A stretch of DNA of 64,000 nt, from positions 429,836-493,835 of the forward strand of contig CAWDNU010000001.1 in assembly GCA_963803705.1 (NCBI GenBank). Reading direction: 5' to 3'. Each line of letters opens with the position of its first letter. The stretch's first letter is position 1. The stretch comes from an uncultured Pseudobdellovibrionaceae bacterium (GTDB lineage Bacteria > Bdellovibrionota > Bdellovibrionia > Bdellovibrionales > UBA1609). Made by a program: the position numbers and the translations under genes. Under the pieces are notes generated by a model. That model did not search any database. It had not been told where the DNA came from and was given only the letters and a program-made list of their open reading frames with translations. Positions 29,220 to 39,356 of the stretch are shown piece by piece.

Positions 29220-29729
29220 ATGATATTAAGTCACATAGTTGCTGTTAGTGAAAATCAAGCCATCGGTGTAAAAAATGGTCTTCCGTGGAATGTACCGGAA
29301 GATTTAAAGTTTTTTAAACAAAAAACTTTGAATTCAATCCTACTTATGGGTCGAAAAACTTTTGATAGTATTGGACGCCCCTTGCCTAAAAGAACCACGA
29401 TAGTTATCTCTAGATCTTCAAAGCCTGATAACTACCCCCAAGACTTGTATTGGGTGTCTTCTATAGAAGCAGCTCTTGAAAAGGCAAACTTGCTTGCTAA
29501 AGAAAAAAATAAACAAGAGATATTTATCGCGGGTGGCGGTGAAATATATAAGCAATCTATGTCTTTAATTAATAAAATTTATCTGACAAAAATACATATA
29601 AGTGTGGACGCAGACGCTTACTACCCTGAGGTTCCAGAAAAAGACTTTAAAATTGTATCTAAAAAATCATCAAGTGATGACAAACACTCTTACACATTCT
29701 ATGAATACGAACGTGAAGTTAAGGTTTAG
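29220..29729 (+). CDS. folA: dihydrofolate reductase
   Basis: GLPWNVPEDLKFFK, LMGRKTFDSIGRPLP, IFIAGGGEIY motifs. Confidence 0.9.
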   Translation: MILSHIVAVSENQAIGVKNGLPWNVPEDLKFFKQKTLNSILLMGRKTFDSIGRPLPKRTTIVISRSSKPDNYPQDLYWVSSIEAALEKANLLAKEKNKQEIFIAGGGEIYKQSMSLINKIYLTKIHISVDADAYYPEVPEKDFKIVSKKSSSDDKHSYTFYEYEREVKV

Positions 29730-29785
29730 TGTGCGTAAGCCATTCTGGACCATACCTTAATATATAATTGAATCGAGGTTCTTTT

Positions 29786-31039
29786 TTGAATGTAGCAATA
29801 TTAGGCTCTGGTGGGCGAGAGCACGCCCTTTTAAAAGCCTTAAGTCAAAGCTCCAAAGTAGAAAAAATTGTGTGCGTACCAGGTTCAGATGGTATCGCCC
29901 TAGAGTTTGAATGTAAGAACATTTCTTTAGAAGCCGAAAACGAGTTGATTGAATTTTTTAACAATGAAAAAGTCGAATTCGTAATTATTGGCCCAGAAGA
30001 TCCTTTGGTTTCTGGTCTTGCAGATACCCTACGAAAAAATGGATTTAAAGTTTTTGGACCAGGGGCAGAGGGTGCACGCCTTGAAGGTAGTAAGATTTAC
30101 TCTAAAAATTTCATGCGAGCAGCAAACATACCGACAGCTGGTTTTGCTATTGCTCGGACAAAACTTGAGTCCATGCAATGCTACAAAAATTTTAAGTTTC
30201 CACTGGTTGTTAAAGCAGATGTCTTAGCCGCTGGTAAAGGTGTTTACATCTGTCAGTCAGAGGCAGAATATTTTGCTGCCATCGAAGTAATCTTTGATCA
30301 AAAAAAATTTGGTGTTTCCGAGGTGTTGATTGAAGAGTATATCTCAGGTTGGGAATTGAGCTACATTTGCATAACTAACGGTTTAGATTATCAAGTTTGC
30401 CCCTTAACACAAGATCATAAAGCATTAAGAGATGCCGGGGTTGGACCCAATACGGGTGGCATGGGTGTTTTTGGTCCTGTGGACATAGGTAAAGAGCTAG
30501 AAGATAAAATTAACAGCACAATTGTAGAGCCAACTTTAAAAGAACTTAGACAGAGAAAAATTGATTTTTCTGGTGCCTTATTTATAGGTCTAATGATTGA
30601 AAACCAAAACCCTTATGTTCTTGAATACAATGTCCGATTTGGTGATCCTGAAACGCAGATCATAATGCCCCTTATAGACGGTGATATTTTCGAGATCTTA
30701 TACTCTAGCGTCGTGGGTCCCCTTATGACCGTCAAAAAGAAGAAAGATGTGTACGCCGCATGTGTTGTGCTCGCAGCCGAAGGTTACCCTGACAACGCGC
30801 TTAAAGGTAGTAAAATAGAGCTTCTTGATCTAAGCCAAAACTTAGAACAATACTTTATTTTTTCTGGCGTAAAATCGCTCGCAAATAAGTTAGTCGTTAA
30901 CGGTGGACGGGTGATGGGCGCTGTGGGCATTGGAAATTCAAAAACAGATGCCATTGATAAGGCTTATGCTCAAAGCGAAAAAGTCATTTGGAAAGGTCTT
31001 CAAAAGCGTTCAGATATTGGTAACTATTTTAAAAAATGA
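29786..31039 (+). CDS. purD: phosphoribosylamine--glycine ligase
   Basis: NVAILGSGGREHAL N-terminus and ATP-grasp blocks. TTG 29786 preferred (GAGG upstream) over TTG 29768. Confidence 0.93.
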   Translation: MNVAILGSGGREHALLKALSQSSKVEKIVCVPGSDGIALEFECKNISLEAENELIEFFNNEKVEFVIIGPEDPLVSGLADTLRKNGFKVFGPGAEGARLEGSKIYSKNFMRAANIPTAGFAIARTKLESMQCYKNFKFPLVVKADVLAAGKGVYICQSEAEYFAAIEVIFDQKKFGVSEVLIEEYISGWELSYICITNGLDYQVCPLTQDHKALRDAGVGPNTGGMGVFGPVDIGKELEDKINSTIVEPTLKELRQRKIDFSGALFIGLMIENQNPYVLEYNVRFGDPETQIIMPLIDGDIFEILYSSVVGPLMTVKKKKDVYAACVVLAAEGYPDNALKGSKIELLDLSQNLEQYFIFSGVKSLANKLVVNGGRVMGAVGIGNSKTDAIDKAYAQSEKVIWKGLQKRSDIGNYFKK

Positions 31040-31058
31040 TATTTATTTGAGTGAAGGT

Positions 31059-32459
31059 CTAACCATTTAAATCGTTGTCCTCTTTTAATCCTTTCTTTTT
31101 AATTTTTTCTACAAGAGTGGTGCGATTTATCTTAAGAAGATGGGCAGCTTTATTTCTATTCCAACCGGTTTTTTCCAAAGCTTTTGTAATAAGTCTATTT
31201 TCGAACTCTAGGACTAAAAGATTATAGTCTACCCCAGAGTCAGGGATCTCTATATCATTATTAGTTCTTTTTACGACTATGTTGGAATATCTAGAAGGTA
31301 GGTCTGATAGCTCAATGACTCCTTCTCCGATAATAATCGTCAGCCGCTCTACTAAGTTTTCAAGCTCCCGTACGTTTCCGGGCCAAGAATAATTTTGTAA
31401 AGCTTCAAAAGCTTCAGCCGAAAAGCCTGAAATTCTTTTTTTCTTTTCCTGATTATACTTTTGGACAAAATAATTCACCAAAATTGGTAGATCAGATTTT
31501 CTATTTTTTAAGGAAGGAATATGAAGGGGTATCACATTTAACCTGAAGAATAGGTCTTCTCTAAATAGACCTTTTTTTATCAGTTGTTCTAGATTTTTAT
31601 GTGTAGCAGCTATCACTCGGGTGTCGATCGTGATGGGTTTGGATGATCCGACACGTTCAATACGTTTTTCTTGCAAAACTCTTAATAATTTTACTTGAAG
31701 CTTAGGACTCATGTCCCCAATCTCATCAAGAAATATGGTGCCATTGTGCGCAAGCTCAAAACGACCTTTTCGCTCTTGGTGAGCCCCGGTAAAAGATCCC
31801 TTTTCATGACCAAATAGCTCGCTTTCCAGCAAATCTTCAGGAATGGCTCCACAGTTGACGGCTATAAAAGATTTTTTAGAGCGATCGGAAGCAAAATGGA
31901 TTCCTTTAGCAACAAGCTCTTTTCCTGTGCCGCTATCACCAGAAATTAGCACTGTGGAATTTGAAGGTGCTATTCTCTCTGCTAAATCAATCACTTGTCT
32001 CATTTCTCTACTTTTACCGATGATCTGATGAAGGCCAAAGTGCTTATTGAGCTCAGATCTAAGGCGCTCATTTTCTTCTTTGATTTCCTTATGGGTTAAG
32101 GCTTTATCAACCAAGGTTATCATTTCACTGAGTTCAAAAGGTTTAGTTAAAAATTGAAAAACCCCTCGGCGAGCTGCTGTTAAAGCCACTTCAATGGTTC
32201 CAAAGCCAGTTAGTATAATAACTTCACAATCTGGTTGTTCATTTTTTATTTCGGTAAGCAGATCTAATCCGCTGCCATCTGGTAGCCTAAGGTCAACTAT
32301 GGCCAAATTAAGTTTCAATTGACTGGCCACTATAGATTCGGCTTCTCTTTTTGTCTGAGCAGTAATCACCATGTGATCATATCGTTGTAAAACTTTAGAT
32401 AAACTCTTTCTAACAATCGAATCGTCATCTACTACAAGAATCTTATAATTACTTTTCAA
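31059..32459 (-). CDS. sigma-54-dependent response regulator (NtrC family)
   Basis: Receiver domain (DLRLPDGSG), AAA+ Walker A GDSGTGKE, GAFTGA variant GSFTGA, C-terminal Fis-type HTH. Confidence 0.9.
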   Translation of the reverse strand: MKSNYKILVVDDDSIVRKSLSKVLQRYDHMVITAQTKREAESIVASQLKLNLAIVDLRLPDGSGLDLLTEIKNEQPDCEVIILTGFGTIEVALTAARRGVFQFLTKPFELSEMITLVDKALTHKEIKEENERLRSELNKHFGLHQIIGKSREMRQVIDLAERIAPSNSTVLISGDSGTGKELVAKGIHFASDRSKKSFIAVNCGAIPEDLLESELFGHEKGSFTGAHQERKGRFELAHNGTIFLDEIGDMSPKLQVKLLRVLQEKRIERVGSSKPITIDTRVIAATHKNLEQLIKKGLFREDLFFRLNVIPLHIPSLKNRKSDLPILVNYFVQKYNQEKKKRISGFSAEAFEALQNYSWPGNVRELENLVERLTIIIGEGVIELSDLPSRYSNIVVKRTNNDIEIPDSGVDYNLLVLEFENRLITKALEKTGWNRNKAAHLLKINRTTLVEKIKKKGLKEDNDLNG

Positions 32460-32570
32460 TAAATCCCCTTACCTTTGCTACTAGAGCCTCTTACACTTCT
32501 AATCATAAAGATTTTAAAAATGTCCGTCAAATTTTTAACAGGACTAAAGTGTAGCGACATAACAACGAAG

Positions 32571-33977
32571 TTATAAATCTAGATTTAAACTTTTATTATT
32601 TCGGACGCTTATTAGAATTGACTCTATGACTTGTTTACAGTCCAGAGCCGCATCTAGAAGATCCTGAATATCAGCAAGAGCGTTTGCTGGGGTGCTATCT
32701 GGCTCACTAAGTATCAGTTGCAAAAAAGTAATAATGCCTGCAAGGGGATTGTTTAGCTCATGAGCCAGACTACCAGCCAAAATACCGAGGTCAGATAATT
32801 TGGCTTTTTCTAGAATCTTTAATTCTATTGATTTTCGTTCAGTGATATTCTCATAGATATTGATAAAAGTATCGTTTCTATGATCATGAGTCTTAATTTT
32901 TTGACTTGTTACACTGATCCATTCTGATTTGTTTTTTAGCTCAAAATTTTTCCCTAGTTGGCAACCTTCGCATGGTCTTTCAGCTTTAAATAGAAGTTCA
33001 TAGCATTTCTTTGGTGCTTCATCCGTATCGAAGTTGCTATTGAGCAAATTAAATTTTGAATCCACAATTGTGACCTGATGCTTGATGGCTTTAAAGGTTT
33101 GCTGCCATTGAGACTGTGTAACCAAAAGGTCAGCGTAATTTGTGACTTGGTTTATTTTAATACTTACAATTTCGCTCAGCTGAAGCAAAAACGATTCCTC
33201 TTTTTTCATAAAATTTGAATTCATTTTAGCGAAGTAAATGTGACCAATACTCTTTTGGCTAAAATGTAATGGAGTTCCAAATATTCTATATTTCTTTTGG
33301 TTTTCTATTATAAATGTTTCGCTATAAACCTCTTTGGATCCAACCAAGATTCTAATCCACTTCGTTTTAAAGTAAGGTTCTAGTTTCAGAGTCAGAAAAT
33401 CTTCAATTTCGGGTATATTCTTTGAATCTTGTACTCCAAGGATACATTCATAAAGTAGGTTTAATTGCTCTTGAATTGAGATAAGCCTATCTTGTGACCT
33501 TCTAAGGCTTTTGTTTTTTATGACAACACGGTCTTCAAGCTCTTTGTTAAGCTCTCTTAGTTTTACACCTTGCTCTTGAAATAATAAATAAAAGTTGTTG
33601 TTTTGCTGGTGATAATCGTACTTTCTTAATGCAGTTAAAATTGATTTTTCTACATCTTGAATATTATAGTTTTCGGTCTCGTAAATCGCGTGGGGATTGA
33701 GAGTAGAAATCAAAGTATTCCTTAATTCAGTTTCAAAATTATCGATTATAACAATAACTTCTGTTTGAAGGGTTTGAACCTCCAGGGATCTAAATAGTAG
33801 CTCTAAATCATCAGCGCTTAGATCTTGAGTATTGATGATCAGAACTTTGGCGATTTGATCATCAAGGTAAGGTAAAACAAACTTTAACTCTAAGTGTTTC
33901 GTAAGCTCAAAATCATTAGATAAATCAAGCTGTTTTCCCCATAGTAAAATATTTGAAAAGCCTCTAGTTTCAGCCAT
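32571..33977 (-). CDS. sensor protein with GAF-like, Cys-motif PAS-like and HisKA (DHp) domains but no HATPase_c domain
   Basis: H-box SLAHELNNPL about 60 aa from the C-terminus. The ORF stops about 55 aa after the H-box. CYELLFKAERPCEGC motif. Confidence 0.7.
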   Translation of the reverse strand: MAETRGFSNILLWGKQLDLSNDFELTKHLELKFVLPYLDDQIAKVLIINTQDLSADDLELLFRSLEVQTLQTEVIVIIDNFETELRNTLISTLNPHAIYETENYNIQDVEKSILTALRKYDYHQQNNNFYLLFQEQGVKLRELNKELEDRVVIKNKSLRRSQDRLISIQEQLNLLYECILGVQDSKNIPEIEDFLTLKLEPYFKTKWIRILVGSKEVYSETFIIENQKKYRIFGTPLHFSQKSIGHIYFAKMNSNFMKKEESFLLQLSEIVSIKINQVTNYADLLVTQSQWQQTFKAIKHQVTIVDSKFNLLNSNFDTDEAPKKCYELLFKAERPCEGCQLGKNFELKNKSEWISVTSQKIKTHDHRNDTFINIYENITERKSIELKILEKAKLSDLGILAGSLAHELNNPLAGIITFLQLILSEPDSTPANALADIQDLLDAALDCKQVIESILISVRNNKSLNLDL

Positions 33978-34119
33978 ATCTTATCTTCCATAAAAACTTC
34001 ATAGAGTTAAATAGCAAATAGACTAGTTTGTTGTGAATTAGCTACAAAAAGTGTTAGATTTGACCGTATATAGCTAGTTGCTAAAGTCGTCACTTACAGT
34101 TTGTCAGGGGAGTTATTCA

Positions 34120-35472
34120 ATGAATTGGGATTCAATTATCTTAGCAGCTGGTGAAGGCACTCGGATGTTATCGAAGACTCCGAAGGTTATGCAAAAAGTT
34201 GCCGGTCAGCCGATGATCGTAAGGATAATAGAGGCCCTGAACTCTGCAGGAACGAAGAACATCCATGTGGTCATTTCAAAGAAGATCGAGAAGGAAATTA
34301 TTCCTTTGAAATCAATTTACAATAATATATTTTATCACATCCAAAAGGAACCCAATGGGACAGCGGATGCGGTAAGTAGTGTAGATTCAGAACTTAGTGA
34401 TTATGTTCTTGTCTGTAATGGTGACCACCCGCTAGTGAATCAACAAGATATAAAGGCTTTTATTCTTGAAGCAGAGTCATCAAATTCAGAGTTCAGTGTA
34501 GCAACATTAGATATCGCAGAGCCTGGGGTATTTGGGCGGGTACTTTTACAAAATAAAAATTTTGCTACAGAAATTATAGAAGCGAAACATTGTAACGAGG
34601 ATCAACTAAAAGTTAAATCAGTTAACTCAGGATTTTACTATGGAAAGTCCAGCCTTTTATCTGATTTTTTAGATACTAACCCCAGTGATGCAACAAAAGA
34701 GTTCTACTTAACAGATATAGTTAAATATTTGACCTTGAAAAATATAAAAGTATCAGCGGTCAAAGTCTCAGAAGATATAGGTTTTGGTGTGAATGATCCC
34801 GTGGCACTAAGCTTAGCGAACCAAAAAGCTTATTTGCAAATAAACCAAACTTTGATGAAAAAAGGCGTAAGGTTTATTAATCCAAGTCTTAGTTTTATTG
34901 ATCAGAATGTCGAAGTAGAAAATGATGTAACAATATTTCCTAATGTTTTTATCAGCGGCGCCTCTAAAATTCAATGCGGGACTACCATAGAAGCCGGTGC
35001 TCATATTATAAATAGTTTGGTTGGCCCTGATTCAGTAATTAAAGCAGGCTGTTACATAGAGCATGCAGAAATTTTGGGTGGATCTAGTATAGGACCTTAC
35101 GCACATCTGCGGAAAGGTAGTACAATTCATCCCAACGTAAAGGTTGGAAACTTTGCCGAAATTAAAAACTCGGTATTGTATCCCGGTGTAAAGGCTGGCC
35201 ATCAATGCTACCTCGGAGATTCAGAAGTCGGAGAAAACACGAACATAGGCGCTGGAACGATCACTTGTAATTTTGCAGCAGACGGTAAAAAGCATAAAAC
35301 TATTATCGGTAAAAACGTGTTTGTGGGTAGTGACACGCAAATAGTTCCCCCGGTCACCTTAGAAGATAACTGTGTGATAGCCGCTGGTTCTACCGTTACT
35401 AAAAATGTTGAAGCAAAAAGTTTGTACGTAACTCGCGCTAAGTCAGTCATCAAATCAAATTATAGGAAGTAG
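34120..35472 (+). CDS. glmU: bifunctional UDP-N-acetylglucosamine pyrophosphorylase / GlcN-1-P acetyltransferase
   Basis: LAAGEGTRM nucleotidyltransferase motif and C-terminal left-handed beta-helix hexapeptide repeats. Start moved to ATG 34120 behind AGGGGAG. Confidence 0.9.
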   Translation: MNWDSIILAAGEGTRMLSKTPKVMQKVAGQPMIVRIIEALNSAGTKNIHVVISKKIEKEIIPLKSIYNNIFYHIQKEPNGTADAVSSVDSELSDYVLVCNGDHPLVNQQDIKAFILEAESSNSEFSVATLDIAEPGVFGRVLLQNKNFATEIIEAKHCNEDQLKVKSVNSGFYYGKSSLLSDFLDTNPSDATKEFYLTDIVKYLTLKNIKVSAVKVSEDIGFGVNDPVALSLANQKAYLQINQTLMKKGVRFINPSLSFIDQNVEVENDVTIFPNVFISGASKIQCGTTIEAGAHIINSLVGPDSVIKAGCYIEHAEILGGSSIGPYAHLRKGSTIHPNVKVGNFAEIKNSVLYPGVKAGHQCYLGDSEVGENTNIGAGTITCNFAADGKKHKTIIGKNVFVGSDTQIVPPVTLEDNCVIAAGSTVTKNVEAKSLYVTRAKSVIKSNYRK

Positions 35473-35474
35473 AT

Positions 35475-37316
35475 ATGTGTGGCATAGTTGGGTACTTAGG
35501 CGCAAAAAGCACTAAGAATATATTGTTCGACGGGTTGAAAGCTTTAGAGTACCGAGGTTATGACAGTTCAGGGCTTTGTATTTTGAATCAGGGTCAGTTT
35601 ATAAAGTTTAGGGCACCAGGTAAAATTGTCGAACTTGAAAAAAAAGTTATTGGTAAAAATCTGGAAGGTCATGTTGGCATAGCGCATACCAGATGGGCAA
35701 CACATGGTCCGGCTGTTGAAAAAAATGCTCATCCTCATGAGGTCGGTGACATATGTATTGTCCACAACGGTATCATTGAAAACTACCATACTATTCGGCA
35801 ACAACTTATTAAGCGCGGGGCCAAGATAAATTCAGACACAGACTCTGAGCTTGTAGCACATCTAATTAACGAACAACTAAAGATAAAGGGCGACTTTTAC
35901 AAAGCAGTGGTTGAGGCGCGCAAAATGCTTGAAGGCGCATTCGCTGTACTCGTGATTTCGAAAAAAAATCCAAATGAGTTGATTGCATTTAAATCGGGTC
36001 CCCCAATGATTTTGGCAAAAGGAGAAGACGATTTTTATATAGCCAGCGATGTTCAGGCGGTTATTAAGTACACTAAAACTGTGTACTATTTAAACGACCA
36101 TGAAATGGTACACATCAAAAATAAAGACGCAAGCGTCACTGATATTCAGGGACAAGAAATACCAATTGAATTTGAAACGATTATTTGGAACGCGGAGCAA
36201 GTCGATAAGAATGGCTTTGCTCATTATATGTTAAAGGAAATTTATGAACAGCCGAATGCCGTAAGCTTGGCTTTATTACCACACATTGATTCCGAAACCC
36301 AAACATTAAAGATAAGTGGATTTTACGATTCACTAGATCAAACTAATGAATTTTTAAAAAAAATAAAACGTATTCAAATTATTGCTTGTGGAACAAGTTT
36401 TTACGCAGGTATGTACGGGGAATACGTTTTTGAAAAGTTGGCCGGAATTAGTGTCGATATCGATATTGCTAGCGAATATCGATATCGAAGTCCAATTATA
36501 GATTCTGACACCTTAGTTATTTTTATATCTCAAAGTGGTGAAACTGCGGATACTTTGGCAGCCCTTCGCTTAGCTAAGTCTGCCGGAGCAAGAACTTTAA
36601 GTGTCTGTAACACTTTCAAATCCAGCATAGACCGTGAAAGTGAATTTTCAATTTATATGAACTCAGGCCCAGAAGTAGGTGTCGCAAGCACAAAAGCTTT
36701 TACGTCTACTTTAGCTATCATGGCAACTTTAGGTGTGGCTATAGCCAAAGCCAGGGGTAAGCTATCAGAGCAAGACGAAAAAAAGTGGGTTGAAAGTTTA
36801 CTTAGCCTGCCATTGAAAATGGAGAATGTGCTGGCTTACGACAAATTTTTTAAAAAGGTCAGTCATTCACTAAAAAGTAAAAAAGGATTTTTATACATGG
36901 GGCGCGGGGTGAATTTTCCAATAGCAATGGAAGGAGCGCTAAAGTTAAAAGAACTTGCATATATGCATGCAGAAGGCTTTGCTGCTGGTGAGTTAAAGCA
37001 TGGGCCCATGGCCCTAATTGATGAAGATATGATGATCGTAATTCTATGTCCTGAAGATGACTTGTACGATAAGACAATGAGCAACTTAGAAGAGGTAAAA
37101 GCTAGGAAGGGCTTGGTAATAGGTTTGGGTGATTTGGGTGACACCAAGCTAGAATCTATGTGTGAACATTACCTAGGATTACCGGCGGCGGACTGGATCA
37201 CCTATCCAATACTGGAAACATTACCCCTTCAACTTTTAGCTTACCACGTAGCCAATAGTTTAGGTCATGACGTTGATCAACCAAGAAATTTAGCCAAATC
37301 CGTAACCGTCGAATAG
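35475..37316 (+). CDS. glmS: glutamine--fructose-6-phosphate aminotransferase
   Basis: MCGIVGY N-terminal nucleophile, two SIS domains, canonical C-terminus NLAKSVTVE. Confidence 0.96.
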   Translation: MCGIVGYLGAKSTKNILFDGLKALEYRGYDSSGLCILNQGQFIKFRAPGKIVELEKKVIGKNLEGHVGIAHTRWATHGPAVEKNAHPHEVGDICIVHNGIIENYHTIRQQLIKRGAKINSDTDSELVAHLINEQLKIKGDFYKAVVEARKMLEGAFAVLVISKKNPNELIAFKSGPPMILAKGEDDFYIASDVQAVIKYTKTVYYLNDHEMVHIKNKDASVTDIQGQEIPIEFETIIWNAEQVDKNGFAHYMLKEIYEQPNAVSLALLPHIDSETQTLKISGFYDSLDQTNEFLKKIKRIQIIACGTSFYAGMYGEYVFEKLAGISVDIDIASEYRYRSPIIDSDTLVIFISQSGETADTLAALRLAKSAGARTLSVCNTFKSSIDRESEFSIYMNSGPEVGVASTKAFTSTLAIMATLGVAIAKARGKLSEQDEKKWVESLLSLPLKMENVLAYDKFFKKVSHSLKSKKGFLYMGRGVNFPIAMEGALKLKELAYMHAEGFAAGELKHGPMALIDEDMMIVILCPEDDLYDKTMSNLEEVKARKGLVIGLGDLGDTKLESMCEHYLGLPAADWITYPILETLPLQLLAYHVANSLGHDVDQPRNLAKSVTVE

Positions 37317-37494
37317 AATTTGTAAGATATGTTTTTTAAATTTAATTGTATCATTTATGTATTAAAAAACTCAAACAAACCTTGTCATTTGCCTTGCATA
37401 CGCAAGGCTTCATGCCAACGAACTCGTTTTTAATACATAGATGATACAATTAAATTTAAAAAACATATCTTACAAATTCTATTCGACGGTTACG
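37301..37494. repeat. long hairpin element: 68-bp arms (67/68) around a conserved 58-nt core
   Basis: Arms 37301-37368 and 37427-37494 are reverse complements with one mismatch. The left arm includes the last 13 coding nt and the TAG of glmS. The core 37369-37426 is ~80% identical to the core at 49643-49704. Confidence 0.9.
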
Positions 37495-37507
37495 ATTGGT
37501 CTTTATT

Positions 37508-38866
37508 TTAAATATTTAGCCATTGGAAAAAGCTCTTTTTGGCGACGGCAAGTTGGGTGTCTTTTCTTAAGCGCTTTAGGTCAGCCTTTTTGATTTTCTT
37601 TGGCTTTACTTTCGCCAGTGACTCTTCGCTTAATTTTGGTAATAAACTAAAATTTATATTCATAGGTTGATAATTTTCTTTTTCTTCGCGAAGAAAATTA
37701 TACAATGATCCAAAGGCAGACGCACGAGGTGGCGAAGAAAACGTTTGGTCGCTTAGTTTTTGATGAATAAATTTCGCAACTAAAAGTCCAATGCAAGTTG
37801 AATCAAAATATCCTTCTACACCAGTGATTTGTCCTGCAAAAAATAAGTTGGAATTTTTTTTAGAAGATAGATCATCGTTCAGTAACTTTGGCGAATTGAT
37901 ATACATATTTCTATGAATGCTGCCAAGTTTAACAAATTCTGCATTTTCAAGTCCTGGGATCATTGAAAAAATTCTTTTTTGTTCTGGGTAAGCCATTTTA
38001 GTCTGAAAGCCAACCATATTGTAAGCAGTGCCTTCCCTATTATCTTGTCGTAATTGTACTACGGCGTAGCATCCGTGATTTGTATGGGGGTTTCTTAGGC
38101 CTTTATAACTTAGGGGACCAAACCTTAATGTGTTATCACCACGCTCGACGATCTCTTCTATAGGCATACAATTTTCAAAGTAAGGGGTGTTTTTTTCAAA
38201 TTCTTTGGGCTCAATCTTTCGCGCTTGTTTTATTTCATCAATAAGCTTCAAGTACTGTTCGCTGTCCAAAGGGCAGTTTATATAATCACCACCTTTTTCG
38301 CCGTCACCCCACCGATCGGCCTTCCAGCATATGTCCATGTTAACGCTATCTGTAGCTATTATTGGTGCAATAGCATCAAAGAAATAAAGTGAATTCAAAC
38401 CGAAATGTTTTTGCAAATTTTTAGCTAAATCTGATTCAGTAAGTGGGCCAGTGCATACAACAGTAATATCTTTCATATCCTCGATATCTGTTACAATTTG
38501 ATCGATACATTCAATGTTTGGGTGTGAAGTCATAATTTTAGTTAACTGCTTGGAAAATTTTTCTCGGTCTACGCTTAACGACATTCCAGCTGGGACGGCG
38601 TAATCTTTAGCTATTTTTAGAATAATAGATCCAGCCTGTTCAGCTTCCCACTTAAGCTGGCCTGAAGCCGAATAGTTGGTTTGACTGCCAAAAGAGTTTG
38701 AACAAACAAGCTCGCCGAAGTCGGCGCTCTTGTGCGCAGGAGTAAGCTTGATTTTGCGCATTTCAAATAGCTTAACCTTGTAGCCTTGCTCGGCTAACTG
38801 GTAAGCGCATTCAGAGCCAGCTAAGCCTGCGCCAACAACATTTATAATAGGTTTTAAATGACTCAT
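37508..38866 (-). CDS. trmFO: methylenetetrahydrofolate--tRNA-(uracil-5-)-methyltransferase
   Basis: VVGAGLAGSECAYQLA FAD motif; full-length Gid/TrmFO pattern, 452 aa. Confidence 0.9.
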   Translation of the reverse strand: MSHLKPIINVVGAGLAGSECAYQLAEQGYKVKLFEMRKIKLTPAHKSADFGELVCSNSFGSQTNYSASGQLKWEAEQAGSIILKIAKDYAVPAGMSLSVDREKFSKQLTKIMTSHPNIECIDQIVTDIEDMKDITVVCTGPLTESDLAKNLQKHFGLNSLYFFDAIAPIIATDSVNMDICWKADRWGDGEKGGDYINCPLDSEQYLKLIDEIKQARKIEPKEFEKNTPYFENCMPIEEIVERGDNTLRFGPLSYKGLRNPHTNHGCYAVVQLRQDNREGTAYNMVGFQTKMAYPEQKRIFSMIPGLENAEFVKLGSIHRNMYINSPKLLNDDLSSKKNSNLFFAGQITGVEGYFDSTCIGLLVAKFIHQKLSDQTFSSPPRASAFGSLYNFLREEKENYQPMNINFSLLPKLSEESLAKVKPKKIKKADLKRLRKDTQLAVAKKSFFQWLNI

Positions 38867-38969
38867 CTGGCCTCATATCTATGTGAATAAACGAACCTAT
38901 TCAAGCTTGTATAGATCTTTTTGTTAAAGACTTTGACAAGGGCCACCCTAACCCTGTTTTAATCTAAGT

Positions 38970-39356
38970 GTGAAAAAAAAACCTAAACTAAGCACTGCAA
39001 CAGAGGTGTTGCAAAGCTTGCTCACTAAAAGCTCGATGCCAATATCTAATGAATATAATCGTTGGCGAGTGATTCAAAATTGGTCGGAAATCATCGGTCC
39101 ACAATTAGCATCTAGAACCTTCCCTATAAAATATTTCAAAGGCCACCTTTACATATGGGCCTCATCATCATCGGGTCTTCAGCAGTTTTATTTTATATCA
39201 GATATCATTCAAAAAAAAATTAACGACTACATGGATAAGAATTGGGTTCACAAAATAACCTGGACCCAGAACAAAGGTTTGCTGGATAAAATATCTGATC
39301 AAGATAAAAAAGTTTTGGACGGGTTAATTAAAGGCAGTGAATCTAAACGTCCCTAA
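38970..39356 (+). CDS. DUF721 (DciA-like) protein
   Basis: 128 aa; W..IIGPQLASRT.P..F..G.L.I block typical of DUF721; GTG start. Confidence 0.6.
   Translation: MKKKPKLSTATEVLQSLLTKSSMPISNEYNRWRVIQNWSEIIGPQLASRTFPIKYFKGHLYIWASSSSGLQQFYFISDIIQKKINDYMDKNWVHKITWTQNKGLLDKISDQDKKVLDGLIKGSESKRP

Noticed and set aside
35400-35480. glmS ribozyme upstream of glmS
   Set aside because: glmS starts 2 nt after the glmU stop, so there is no leader to hold a ribozyme.
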